Positions 54,935-64,000 of a stretch of DNA of 64,000 nucleotides are shown piece by piece (within the stretch, counting starts at the first letter, position 1; every line of letters begins with the position of its first letter). Source of the DNA: a virus; IMG/VR virus record IMGVR_UViG_3300046791_000454, positions 1-64,000 of that record; one strand, given 5' to 3'. Made by a program: the position numbers and the translations under genes. Under the pieces are notes generated by a model. The model saw only the letters and a list, made by a program, of their open reading frames with translations. It had not been told where the DNA came from and searched no databases.

Positions 54935-55108
54935 TCAGAGCGGTGCGAGGACTCCGCTGGCCACGAGGCGCGCAGCCTCGTCTTCGGGTACTTCGATCGG
55001 GTCCCCAGTCGGCACGCTGAGTCCGCCGCCGATGATGACGGACCCGAACGTGACCTTGTAGGTTCCCAGCTTGGGGCTGGGGTCCTTCTTCGGCTCTTCC
55101 TTCGCCAT
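54935..55108 (-). CDS. small virion-associated protein
   Basis: GDPIEVPEDEAARLVASGVL. Confidence 0.6.
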   Translation of the reverse strand: MAKEEPKKDPSPKLGTYKVTFGSVIIGGGLSVPTGDPIEVPEDEAARLVASGVLAPL

Positions 55109-55116
55109 CGCCTGAC

Positions 55117-56337
55117 TCACTGGTAGGCGGCGGCGATCAGGCCACCGACGAACTTGGAGGTCATGACCTCCGCGTCCTGGTGAACGATGACGACCTTGTT
55201 GCCGCCCATGGGGCCGCGGTCCTGCACGAAATATTCGCGCACCATGAAGCCGCCGCTTGCCACGCCGTCCGTGACCGTTGCGCCGTCCCAGCGGAACGTG
55301 ATGCTCGTGGCCACGTCGTCCTGGTTCATCGGCGGCATCTGGTCGGGCTGGCGAACCAGCACGACGTCGCCGCCCCAGGTGTAGACGAGGGTGCCAGCCG
55401 CGTTGATGTGGCGGAACTTGGCCACGTAGATCGGCGGCAGCTGGAGCAGGGCGCTCACCTCCGCCGGCTTCGGGATGGGCGCCGTGCTGTCCTTGTAGGC
55501 GTAGTAGCCCTTGACCGCAGGGTTGCGGACGAAGGCATTGTACGTGGGGTAGGCCATGATGATGCCGGTCGCCGTGCCCCACGACGCTTCGAGGCGAGCG
55601 TGCAGGTCTGCGATCGGATCGCTCGTGGCGCCGCCGTTCCACTTCGCGCCCGAGAGCACCGAAGCGTAGACGCTCGCATCCCAGTTGCCCTGCGTGCGGG
55701 CCAGGCTTGCGACGCGAATCTCGCGCTCGATGTTGAGCGCGTTCATCACGCGCTTTGCCGCCGCCTGACGAATGCGGAGCGGCGCGTCTGCGGCCGCTTC
55801 GATCTCCGTACCGACGAAGGCACCGACGGCGCGCTCGACGGTCGTGAAGCCCGTGTTCGCGAGACGGGGGGCGATCTCGTCCACGCCGCTTGCCGCGCTT
55901 GCGCCGACAGGCAGCGCGCGCTGGAAGGCGTCGTTCTTGTCGAACGTGTAGAACTTGCCGGCCGGCTTGGGCTGCCGCAGCGGAGGCGAGAACATATCCG
56001 CCATCGGCATCTCGTTCCGGTACCCAGCCGCGTAGTTCGGAATGGGCGCCGACTGCTGGATGTCGGACACGCCGAGATCCATGGCGACGATTCCGGACTC
56101 TTCGGCGAACGATTGCGCCATGGCATGAGCCCGGTCCGGGTCAGCGCCCTTCATGGCGGCAATCATGGTCGCCTGGCTGTAGCTCAGGGCGTAGTCCGCG
56201 AGCGGCTGACGGAAGTCGTCGACCGGATCCCACTTCGCGACCTGATTGCCGGACAGGTCGTAGACGTGGCCCGTGTCGATGTCGAGCTTGAGATCGCGGT
56301 TCGAGTTCTCGTCGCGATAGGAGATGACGTTGCTCAT
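55117..56337 (-). CDS. major capsid protein
   Basis: YAAGYRN...EREIRVA...KW....SDPIADL...WGGDV; GAGGA SD. Confidence 0.85.
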   Translation of the reverse strand: MSNVISYRDENSNRDLKLDIDTGHVYDLSGNQVAKWDPVDDFRQPLADYALSYSQATMIAAMKGADPDRAHAMAQSFAEESGIVAMDLGVSDIQQSAPIPNYAAGYRNEMPMADMFSPPLRQPKPAGKFYTFDKNDAFQRALPVGASAASGVDEIAPRLANTGFTTVERAVGAFVGTEIEAAADAPLRIRQAAAKRVMNALNIEREIRVASLARTQGNWDASVYASVLSGAKWNGGATSDPIADLHARLEASWGTATGIIMAYPTYNAFVRNPAVKGYYAYKDSTAPIPKPAEVSALLQLPPIYVAKFRHINAAGTLVYTWGGDVVLVRQPDQMPPMNQDDVATSITFRWDGATVTDGVASGGFMVREYFVQDRGPMGGNKVVIVHQDAEVMTSKFVGGLIAAAYQ

Positions 56338-56344
56338 TGGTTCC

Positions 56345-56794
56345 TCAGGCGTTCTTCGCGATGGCGACGAGAACGAGAACAGGCTCGCTGTCCGCGCTGG
56401 TGGTGTTGAGGGCGTAGCCAATCTGCGCGAGCGCAGCGGTTTGGGCCTTGGCGAAGCCGACCTTGAGAGAGGTCGAACTGGCCATGACGGCCACGCCAGC
56501 AGTGATGGCGCCGTCCGCGAGCATCGGAGCGATGCCTGCCGTGCGCACGCGGCACGTCTGGCCGGCCTTTGCCGTCTCCATCGTGACGCCGACGACGAGC
56601 TGCCCGTCACCCGTCACCGGGATGATCCCGGGGGTGTCGACGGTGCCCCACGTGGCGTTGTCCGCGCCGCCGAGCACGTTGGTCGTGTCGATCTTGACTG
56701 CGACGTTCGCCGCGATGTCCGTCGACGCGGAGTAGTTCTTGAACGTGAAATCCGAATACGAGGGCGCACCGGCCCCCTGGAAGTTGATGGCCAT
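56345..56794 (-). CDS. capsid cement/decoration protein (DUF2190-like)
   Basis: VVGV..ETAKAGQ..RV...G...A.GAITAG...G.AL. Confidence 0.75.
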   Translation of the reverse strand: MAINFQGAGAPSYSDFTFKNYSASTDIAANVAVKIDTTNVLGGADNATWGTVDTPGIIPVTGDGQLVVGVTMETAKAGQTCRVRTAGIAPMLADGAITAGVAVMASSTSLKVGFAKAQTAALAQIGYALNTTSADSEPVLVLVAIAKNA

Positions 56795-56828
56795 GCTGCC
56801 CTCTTCGTGTGTTGGAGTGGTTGTGTGC

Positions 56829-58649
56829 TCAGCCGGCCTTCTTCAGGATCCGGTACGCTTCGCGCTGCGCTGCTTCGAGCGAGATGTGCTTCGTGCGCGC
56901 AATCTGCCGAGACAGGTCGCGGAACGAGAGCTGCACGGTGTCAGTCGAGCCGGACGCCGGCGGACGCTGGGCAGGCGCGCCAACGCTCAAGCCCGTCAGG
57001 TTCGAGAGCAGGTGGCGCTTGTCTGCCGAGACGCGCGGATAGAGCTTCTCGAACAGCTCAGGGTTCGCGCGGAGCGTGAGGCCCATGGCCTCGCGGTCCT
57101 CCGCGCAGAGCGCCTTCTTGTCCTTGTAGGTGTCGAAGGCCTCGGCCACGCGGTCCGTCTGGGCCAGCTGGACGCGCGCCGTCTCGGCATCGCGCAGCGA
57201 CTTGACCTCGACCTCGAGTGCGCCCGCGCGCGACTCGGCGTCCTTGAGCTTCAGGGAGAGCTCGGCCTTCTCGGTCTTCTGGGTCTCGACCTGCGCCGTG
57301 AGCGCGACGAGTTTCTCTTCGTGGTCCTTCAACTGTGCAGTGAACTCGACCGACATGGCGGTATCTCCTTCAGGAATCGCCACGTCGGTGGCGGTCAACA
57401 AACCTTCGTCTTCCATCTCGGAGACGTCGGCGGCGGCGTCCGGATGCAAGATGGCCTCGTGCTGCGCGATGGCCGCATCGATCATCTCTTGGACTGCATT
57501 GAGCAGCTGCTCGACGGTGCAGCTCCCGCCCATGCCCATGAGCGAGGACAGGGCGTCGGTGTACCCGCCGAGGTCGACGCCCTGATGAGTGGCGTACGCG
57601 TGCGGCGCGGTCTCGTAGAGGTCGCGCAGCCGACCCACTTGGTCCGAGCATTCGCGCATTGAGGCGAGCTCATTCATCTTGAGAGCGGCGCGGACCTTGG
57701 GCGCGAATGCGTCGAGGTTGCTGGCCACCATGGCTCCGGCGCGGCTCGAGAACACAACCGAGCTCCAGTCGCCTGCGTTGTCGGACACCGAGCCGAGGGA
57801 CATCTGGCCGCTCGCGGCAAGCGGGGCCATGCCGGCGAGATAGGGTGAATTCGTCATGGCTCCAGACGACATTCGGGCGCCGATGATCTCACCAGTGACC
57901 CTATCCTTCGCTCGGAAGTTGATCGCGGGGCTGAAGTAGCGGTACTCGTTCGCGCGAATCTGATTGCGTGCCTTCGGATTCCACTCGACCAGGCCGTAGA
58001 GGTTCCCCGCCTCGATCTTCATGTCGCGAATCCAGCCCTGTGCCGGTGCGCCTTCGGGCCCGAGGTCGCCGGGCGGGAGCTCGCTTTGGTGTTCGTGGTC
58101 GATCGGGATGGGCTGGCCGTCGCGCTTGAAGTTCGAGACGATCTGCCCGAAGACGTCGCCGTTGAGCTCGAACGGGCCGGCTCGGTGACCGCGGAACGTG
58201 CCGGGCTTGGCGAGCTGAATCCACTTCGCCGGCTCGGCCGCGGACATCTCGACCGTTGTGACGGGGGCGATGAGCTCGAACCCAGGGAACGAGTACACGT
58301 CGTCGTGCAGGTGCCGAATCTCGACCTTGTGCCCGTCCGGGTGCGTGACCGTCATCTCGAGCGGGCGGCGCCGGCGTGCAGCAACCGGAGCCGCTTGGCT
58401 CACGTCCGACACGCCAAGATCCATGTTGTATTGACTCTTGATGCCGAAGCGCTTGGCGGCGGCCGCAATGGCCTTCTTCGCCTTCGCGTAGTCGGACGGC
58501 GAGACGTCGCCGGACTTCTTTGCCGCCTCCAAGCGCGCAGCCGCATTCCGAACGTGGCTTGCGTTCTCCAGGGGGTACTTGCGTTGCTCGGGCAGCGCGA
58601 ACGTCCCCGCCGGCAACGCCTTGCGTGCCTTCGTGCTGATCTCGGCCAT
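56829..58649 (-). CDS. Mu gpI-like prohead protease/scaffold with N-terminal DUF6582-like domain
   Basis: PIDHEH..APAQGWI...VEW...YRYFSPA...AMTNSP; N-terminus FALPEQRKYPL..HVRNAAAR. Confidence 0.88.
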   Translation of the reverse strand: MAEISTKARKALPAGTFALPEQRKYPLENASHVRNAAARLEAAKKSGDVSPSDYAKAKKAIAAAAKRFGIKSQYNMDLGVSDVSQAAPVAARRRRPLEMTVTHPDGHKVEIRHLHDDVYSFPGFELIAPVTTVEMSAAEPAKWIQLAKPGTFRGHRAGPFELNGDVFGQIVSNFKRDGQPIPIDHEHQSELPPGDLGPEGAPAQGWIRDMKIEAGNLYGLVEWNPKARNQIRANEYRYFSPAINFRAKDRVTGEIIGARMSSGAMTNSPYLAGMAPLAASGQMSLGSVSDNAGDWSSVVFSSRAGAMVASNLDAFAPKVRAALKMNELASMRECSDQVGRLRDLYETAPHAYATHQGVDLGGYTDALSSLMGMGGSCTVEQLLNAVQEMIDAAIAQHEAILHPDAAADVSEMEDEGLLTATDVAIPEGDTAMSVEFTAQLKDHEEKLVALTAQVETQKTEKAELSLKLKDAESRAGALEVEVKSLRDAETARVQLAQTDRVAEAFDTYKDKKALCAEDREAMGLTLRANPELFEKLYPRVSADKRHLLSNLTGLSVGAPAQRPPASGSTDTVQLSFRDLSRQIARTKHISLEAAQREAYRILKKAG

Positions 58650-58680
58650 GGCTGTCTCCGTCAGGTGTCCGCAGGAGACG

Positions 58681-60342
58681 TCACGACAGTGCGAGCTGGC
58701 CCTGTGCCGTGTATTCGAGCCAGGACCCGCAGAGCAGCAGGTCGTCGGTACCCAGGAAGCTGTCCGTGGGCTTCAGGCTGATCGACAGGCGCCCATTGGT
58801 CGCAGTGAACGTGTTGCCGGGAATCGTCAGCGTCAGACGCGAGACGGTCTTGGCCGTTGCCGTGGGCGACGCGATTGCCGTGGTAAGGCCGCTGAACGTC
58901 GGGCCCGCGGACTCGAGCGAACCTGCGAGCTGCTGCCAGATGGCCACCGTGAACGGAGCGGTGTCCGCAGCCGTGGCGCCCGACTTGCTGACGAGCAGCG
59001 CGAGCGTCATCGGCTGCGTGAAGTCGAGGTTCAGCGGGAGGTCCGTCTCGGAGAAGATCGCCGTCTGCGTGGCGAAGTTGTTCCAGCGAATCCCCATCGC
59101 CTTCGAGTTGTTGAGCCGAACGCCGGGGGCCGAAGCGCCCGAGTTGTCGGCCCACGCAGCCATCGGCGTACCCGCTGCGAGCACCGACGCCTTGAAGTCG
59201 ATCGGAATGATCGGCGTCGCGACCTTCTTGGTGTACTCGAACCAGAAGCCGTTACACATCGCGTCGTCGGTGCCGAGCGTGCCGTCCGTGGGCTTGATGC
59301 TCACGGTCACGCGGTGCGGACCTGCCGTGAAGATGTTGGCCGCGATGCCGAGCGTGACCTTTCCGACCGTCTTCGCGGTCGCGGTGCCGACGAGCGCGCT
59401 CGTCGTGCCACCGAAGCTCGTAGTCGCGTCCTCCGCTGCGCCTGCAACCTGCTCGAACACGGCAACGTCGAACGTCGTGGCGTCACCGCCGGTCGCGCCG
59501 CTCTTGCTGGCGAGGACCACGAAGACCGAAGGCTTCGTGACATCCATGTCGGCGGGCAGCTCGAAGTAGCTGAAGATGGCCGTCTGGCCCGCCTGATTGT
59601 TCCACCGAATCCCGACCGCTTTGGCGTTGTCGAGGGTAACGCCTGGAGCCGAGGCGCCTGCGTTGTTGACCCACGCCGCCATGGGCGTGCCGGCGGAGAG
59701 GATTGCTGCCTTGAGATCGATGACCACGCGCGGACACGCCGGGCGACGCGTGTACGAGAGGTAGGCGCTGTTGAGCATCAGGTCGTCGGTCACGAGCGTG
59801 CCGCTCGGCGTGAGCGAGACCGACAGACGCGCCGGCACCGTGGGAGGCAGGTAGATTTGCGCCTGGAGCTGCGTGACGGTCTGCGCCGTGAGAGATGCCT
59901 GAGCGGTCGTGAGCGCGGTCGAGACGGAGCCGATGTTCGAAGGCGCGTCCTCGAGAGCGCCGACCGTTTGCGCATACGCGGCAACCGTGATCGATGCGAC
60001 ATCCGTGGCCGTCGCACCGCTCTTGGAGACCAGGAAGACGGCAGTGACCGGATACGTCGGATCGAGGTCGAGCGGCAGGTCGACGTACGTCCAAATCGTC
60101 GTGAGCGTACCGCCCTTCCAGCGGACACCGACGGCCTTGGAGTTGTCGAGCGTGATGCCGGGCGTCGAACCTGCGTACGCAGCGAGGGGCGTGCCGGCCG
60201 CGAGGATGGCGCCCTTCGTGTCGATCACGGCCATGGGCGTCGTCGTCGCCTGAAGCGCGGCGGCCAGGCTGACCGCGTAGTCGCCAATGGCGTAGGCGTC
60301 GCCGCCGAGGTGCTCTCGCGTGGGGGTCGAATACGTGGGCAT
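58681..60342 (-). CDS. triple-repeat beta-rich protein
   Basis: three tandem ~170-aa units (ID.K..+L.AGTP..A...PG+.L.N.KA+G+RW). Confidence 0.8.
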   Translation of the reverse strand: MPTYSTPTREHLGGDAYAIGDYAVSLAAALQATTTPMAVIDTKGAILAAGTPLAAYAGSTPGITLDNSKAVGVRWKGGTLTTIWTYVDLPLDLDPTYPVTAVFLVSKSGATATDVASITVAAYAQTVGALEDAPSNIGSVSTALTTAQASLTAQTVTQLQAQIYLPPTVPARLSVSLTPSGTLVTDDLMLNSAYLSYTRRPACPRVVIDLKAAILSAGTPMAAWVNNAGASAPGVTLDNAKAVGIRWNNQAGQTAIFSYFELPADMDVTKPSVFVVLASKSGATGGDATTFDVAVFEQVAGAAEDATTSFGGTTSALVGTATAKTVGKVTLGIAANIFTAGPHRVTVSIKPTDGTLGTDDAMCNGFWFEYTKKVATPIIPIDFKASVLAAGTPMAAWADNSGASAPGVRLNNSKAMGIRWNNFATQTAIFSETDLPLNLDFTQPMTLALLVSKSGATAADTAPFTVAIWQQLAGSLESAGPTFSGLTTAIASPTATAKTVSRLTLTIPGNTFTATNGRLSISLKPTDSFLGTDDLLLCGSWLEYTAQGQLALS

Positions 60343-60351
60343 AGTGAGTCC

Positions 60352-61773
60352 TCAGGTCGGCGGCTCGGCCGCCTGGTCGTGGGTATCGACGGGTTCGGTG
60401 CCGTCAGCCTCGGGGGCGACGACGGATTCGTTTGGGTCGGGAGGCGCGGCCGTTCTCCCCGGCATGAGCATCCGAGTGCGGTCGTCGTCGGGGTCCTCGG
60501 GGTCGGCCATCGGCAAACCCGTCAGCTCGGCGAGCCCCTTGATGCTGATGGGCATGTCAATTGACGTGCCCTGCGCGGCGAGCTCCATGATCCGCTTCGG
60601 GTCCGGCTTCTCGTCGGTAACGACGCGAATCGTGGGAGCGAGATGCACCTTGTCCGGCCAGTTGAGCCGGACGATGGCGCCGAAGAGGTCCTCTTGAAGG
60701 GTGTCGGCCAGGCACGCGCCGTCGTAGCGAGTGATGACCTGCGTGCCGTTCTCTCCGACCTGCGCCGTGGAGCGCGAGCCGAACTTGCCGGCTTCAGTCG
60801 TGAAGGTCTGACCGAGCAGCGACTTGCTAATCTGCGCGTCGATCCATTCGAGGAACTGCTGAGCGTCCAGCGAGCTCGCGGCCTTCAGGATATCGATGCG
60901 CACCGTGTCGGGCAGCGTGGCCGCGTTCAGCGACCCAGCGCCTAGTGCTTTCACCGCGTCGTCCGCCGACGCAATGTCCTCGTCCGATGCAATGGCCTTG
61001 CCATCGCCTTCGGCGCGCCGGTTGAAGTACGCGACGACCCAGGGCCGGATCGTGCGCTCGAAGTCCTGTGCGCTCGCGCGGAGGATGATCCGCTTGATGA
61101 GCAGGAGAAACGCGATGTACCGCCCCTCGCCGTCGCGGGTCGGATAGTCGCCGTTCAACTGCGGCGCGTGGATGACGAATTTGTTGGGGTAGTCTTTGAC
61201 CCGAAGGCCGTAGAGTCCGGCCGAGGTGAGCGGACCACCGACCAGCGCGCCCTGGTCCCAAATATAGACGTCCCACGCGGACGAATTCGGGAAGCTCAGG
61301 CGCCGCGAGTGGAGGAATCGCAGCCCCCTGGCGCACCAGAGTTCGCTGCGGTCCCAATCAATCTCAAGGCCCGAGAGGCCGTAGATGATGCCCCAGCACA
61401 ACGATGCGATGCGCTGCGACCGATAGGGAATGCGGTCCCACTGGTAGCGGCACTCGTCCGCAATGGTCTTGGCGAGCTCCTCGTCGGGGTCGTCTGGCTC
61501 GAGCTTCGCGGGGTCGAGCTCAACGCGGGCGCCAGCGACGGCGAGCACACGCTGCCGGGTGACACCGCGCGCGTGGCCGTCGTGCTCGAGCAGCTCATTC
61601 AGCGCGTCGACGAACTGGTGCCGATAGCCGCTCGTGCAGAGCCGAAAGGCCGCCGAGAGGTAGGCACCAGTGAGGTTTTGGCCGATGACGATCGGCCATC
61701 GGTCGATCGTTGGCGGCGGCGCCAGCTGTGTACCAAGGGCCGCGGTGCGCGTCGGCTTTTCGTCCAACGCCAT
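60352..61773 (-). CDS. portal protein (DUF935 / Mu gp29-like)
   Basis: LEHDGH...R..AV...YGLSGLEIDW...QISKSLLGQT.T. Confidence 0.88.
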   Translation of the reverse strand: MALDEKPTRTAALGTQLAPPPTIDRWPIVIGQNLTGAYLSAAFRLCTSGYRHQFVDALNELLEHDGHARGVTRQRVLAVAGARVELDPAKLEPDDPDEELAKTIADECRYQWDRIPYRSQRIASLCWGIIYGLSGLEIDWDRSELWCARGLRFLHSRRLSFPNSSAWDVYIWDQGALVGGPLTSAGLYGLRVKDYPNKFVIHAPQLNGDYPTRDGEGRYIAFLLLIKRIILRASAQDFERTIRPWVVAYFNRRAEGDGKAIASDEDIASADDAVKALGAGSLNAATLPDTVRIDILKAASSLDAQQFLEWIDAQISKSLLGQTFTTEAGKFGSRSTAQVGENGTQVITRYDGACLADTLQEDLFGAIVRLNWPDKVHLAPTIRVVTDEKPDPKRIMELAAQGTSIDMPISIKGLAELTGLPMADPEDPDDDRTRMLMPGRTAAPPDPNESVVAPEADGTEPVDTHDQAAEPPT

Positions 61774-61898
61774 CGTGCGGTGCTCCGTGGGTTAGGGTTG
61801 CTGCCCACCGGAACGCACGAAGGAGGGAAACGCGCGGCGGCTCTCGGCCCGGGCAGCGGGGCCGGCTACTCGTGGGGAGGTTCGAGGTGCTGAAACGC

Positions 61899-61925
61899 GA
61901 AAGCCCACCGGGCGGGTGAGCTTTC
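61899..61925 (-). terminator. hairpin in the late leader
   Basis: GAAAGCTCACC-CGCCC-GGTGGGCTTTC followed by GCGTTT. Confidence 0.5.
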
Positions 61926-61966
61926 TAGTGCGCTAGACGGCGGGGGCTCGTCTGGACGCGCGTTGG

Positions 61967-61994
61967 ACAATAGCCGGACTGCGGCGGGCATCAA
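61967..61994 (-). promoter_or_regulatory. putative late promoter
   Basis: TTGATG-16-TATTGT; the -35 sits inside the inverted repeat GCGGGC/GCCCGC. Confidence 0.45.
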
Positions 61995-62021
61995 CGCCCG
62001 CGTTCGGGCATTGCCAACGAT

Positions 62022-62354
62022 TCATGCTCTACGTTTTGCGGGCTTATCGATCGCGGTGCGGTCACTCGGCGGAAGCTCGGGAAGACGCCGGGAAGTTCTC
62101 AGGTGCTCCACGAGGGTTCGCAGGCGTTCGAGCTCTGTGACGTCCTGCGTCGACCGGTCATGCCGCTGGACCCAGGCCACCAGGGCCGCCTTGTGAATGT
62201 ACACGATGCCGCGGTGGTCCACGCGCGTCGGGAGTGGGTCGACCTCTCGGGCCGCATAGCGACGCGCCGTCTTCTCGTCGACGGCGAGCGCCGCAGCGAT
62301 GCCTTTCCAGCCCTCGACGACCTCGAGGCCGGTGGCGGACGACTGTGCGGCCAT
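62022..62354 (-). CDS. Xis/MerR-like winged-HTH DNA-binding protein
   Basis: EGWKGIAAALAVDEKTARRY....PLP......VY.....L.AW. Confidence 0.7.
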   Translation of the reverse strand: MAAQSSATGLEVVEGWKGIAAALAVDEKTARRYAAREVDPLPTRVDHRGIVYIHKAALVAWVQRHDRSTQDVTELERLRTLVEHLRTSRRLPELPPSDRTAIDKPAKRRA

Positions 62355-63115
62355 CACGCCCACCGTCCTCCGGGCGCCCTCACCCGCTCGACGTGGCCGA
62401 TGGGAATGCGCTCGCGCGTGCCATTGACTCGCGCTTCCGAGCTCATGAACGGGTCCACGCCCACGGAGTCCGCGAATGCCGACAGAGCTCCCCGTGCCAT
62501 CTGCGCCGCCTCGTCGCGCACAACATCCAGGCTCTTGCCCACTTGGTCTCGCTGCATGCAGCACGCGACCAGCCACCCGCCGGGCGTGTCCCACGGGCGG
62601 GCGTTGGTGGCCCGCTTGGGGCTCTCACCTGGCCGCCACGCGTCGAGGCGGCCGGTGCGGAGGAACACTGTGGCCGGCACCTCGAACGTCGCCGCCTTGC
62701 GGTCCCTGTCGCGCTCGTAGCCCTTGCGCACAGCCTCGGTCAGGAGGGCCACGCCAACGAGCTCACCGAGCGCCTTAACGACCTTGATGCCCATGCCCTT
62801 GCCGAACGCATGGTCGACCGTGTGCGGCCAGTCGTTCATGCCGAACATGGCGTCGAGCACCGTCTCGTGCTGCGAACCGATAGCGAGGAGCATGGTCCGC
62901 ACCTCTCGCGCCCGAGAGACCGGGGACGTGGCATGCGGGCCGAGGCGGTGCCTCCGGTCAAGGGCCCGCTCGCGGTCGCTGCTCGACGACCAGCCGCCCA
63001 ACGCTGCGTCTACGAGAACGCCGAAGCTCGACCGCATACCGAGCTCGCTCTCCGCGCTCAGGAAGTACTCCGTGAGCATTGCCCGAATCCCGGGTGCGAC
63101 TTGAAACGTTGCCAT
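62354..63115 (-). CDS. hypothetical protein (possible late regulator)
   Basis: GGAGG SD; position before the late leader. Confidence 0.6.
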   Translation of the reverse strand: MATFQVAPGIRAMLTEYFLSAESELGMRSSFGVLVDAALGGWSSSSDRERALDRRHRLGPHATSPVSRAREVRTMLLAIGSQHETVLDAMFGMNDWPHTVDHAFGKGMGIKVVKALGELVGVALLTEAVRKGYERDRDRKAATFEVPATVFLRTGRLDAWRPGESPKRATNARPWDTPGGWLVACCMQRDQVGKSLDVVRDEAAQMARGALSAFADSVGVDPFMSSEARVNGTRERIPIGHVERVRAPGGRWA

Positions 63116-63149
63116 GCTTTCCTCCGCACCGGCGCCTGTCCGGTGTGCC

Positions 63150-63998
63150 TCAGTCCGTCTGCGATCTGTACGTCTGCAACTTGGGCGGTGCTCCAGGGGC
63201 CCGATTGAGCTTCTTCGCCGCTCTAGCGATTGCGAGCACCGCCGCCATCAGAATGTCGCCGTGCGCCTGGCCCGCCTTGGGGAGCTGAATCTGAATGACA
63301 CCGCCGGGACCGGCCCGGCTCTTGGCGCCGCGAAACTGGTTCAAGAGGCGCGGGTCGTCGGGGAGCTCCAGAAGTCCCTCGGCCGCGAGCCGCCGCACGA
63401 TCGTGAACTCCTCAGCCTTGAACGCCGCCGTCGGCTGCACCTCGTCGTAGACCACCTCGTAGCTGTGGGCCTTGCGCCACTTCGCGAGCTCGTCGTGGGC
63501 CATGTCGACGTAGTGCATGTCGCCACGCATCGCCCGAGCGCGGAAGCTCCTGCACGTCGAGGCGAACTGCCCAATCACCGCGCTCGGCACCAGCGGCTTG
63601 CCGGGCAGCGGCACAAGCTCCTCGTAGTGGGCGAGCTGCACCTTGCCGCCCTCGACGCGCGCAAGGGCCAGCGCCGAGGAGTTCTTGCGAAAGCCGAGAT
63701 CGACGCCCGCCGCGTGCTCCGCACCGTTCGGGGGTAAGAGCTGACGACCTCGAACCACGGCGATGTCGAGCGCGGTCTCCGGGAAGAATGCCGACGAGTT
63801 GATGTCGAGCGGGATGGCGTCGTATTCGCGCTCGGCCGTGTGCGGGTCCTTGGCGCGCTCGGCCTCGACGGTCGCCGCCATCTCGGGCGACGTGTTCATG
63901 CTGCACGTGTCGGAGTGGAACGAGAACTCGCGGCCCGGCTTGCCGAACGCGGCCTCGAAGTTGATGTAGAAGTAGCCCTCGCGCGACCAGGGCGAGCT
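63150..63998 (-). CDS. terL: terminase large subunit, C-terminal part (5' truncated)
   Basis: frame open to the window edge; SSPW coupling motif, AEREYDA, AGVDLG..NSSA, HGD nuclease motifs. Confidence 0.85.
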   Translation of the reverse strand, partial: SSPWSREGYFYINFEAAFGKPGREFSFHSDTCSMNTSPEMAATVEAERAKDPHTAEREYDAIPLDINSSAFFPETALDIAVVRGRQLLPPNGAEHAAGVDLGFRKNSSALALARVEGGKVQLAHYEELVPLPGKPLVPSAVIGQFASTCRSFRARAMRGDMHYVDMAHDELAKWRKAHSYEVVYDEVQPTAAFKAEEFTIVRRLAAEGLLELPDDPRLLNQFRGAKSRAGPGGVIQIQLPKAGQAHGDILMAAVLAIARAAKKLNRAPGAPPKLQTYRSQTD

Positions 63999-64000
63999 CG

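Noticed and set aside
39369-61773. Transposable Mu-like phage
   Set aside because: Morphogenesis genes are Mu-like, but no transposase A/B is seen and the early region is lambdoid with RecET-like genes
24353-64000. Many long plus-strand ORFs (e.g. 50234..52750, 58579..60564, 47868..49229)
   Set aside because: Antisense shadows of high-GC minus-strand genes; Arg-rich, with no motifs or SDs
1-64000. Integrase, att sites, tRNA or rRNA genes
   Set aside because: None recognised by eye; they may lie outside the window, and a tRNA scan was not run

Overview
This is about 64 kb of a high-GC temperate myovirus or prophage, truncated at both ends. The host is inferred to be a myxobacterium (Polyangiaceae/Sorangium-like), based on a Gly/Ser-linker Cys-rich lipoprotein and sigma54-type promoters. 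Positions 1-8.3 kb hold a leftward early operon (Cro-like HTH, nucleoside deoxyribosyltransferase-like, MazG-like NTP pyrophosphatase, SF2 helicase, receiver-like, DUF433, HNH). Positions 8.4-10.7 kb are the immunity region (CI-like repressor, lipoprotein, ImmA/IrrE peptidase). Positions 10.7-20.3 kb hold a rightward early operon (LAGLIDADG endonuclease, RecE/RecT-like pair, RNA ligase, DUF488-like, large unknowns). Positions 20.4-24.3 kb are a self-contained divergent module and the best candidate for an undescribed system: two mirror-image sigma54-type promoters, four 16-bp palindromes, an XRE regulator and twin hairpins. Positions 24.3-64 kb are the minus-strand late region: TerL, two putative regulators, DUF935 portal, a triple-repeat protein, a Mu-like protease/scaffold, capsid, a contractile tail with a -1 frameshifted chaperone, a Mu-like baseplate, fibres and tailspike, a lysis cassette and an extra appendage module. 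I found no integrase, transposase, reverse transcriptase, CRISPR array or tRNA. All family calls come from motif recognition by eye, with no database searches.
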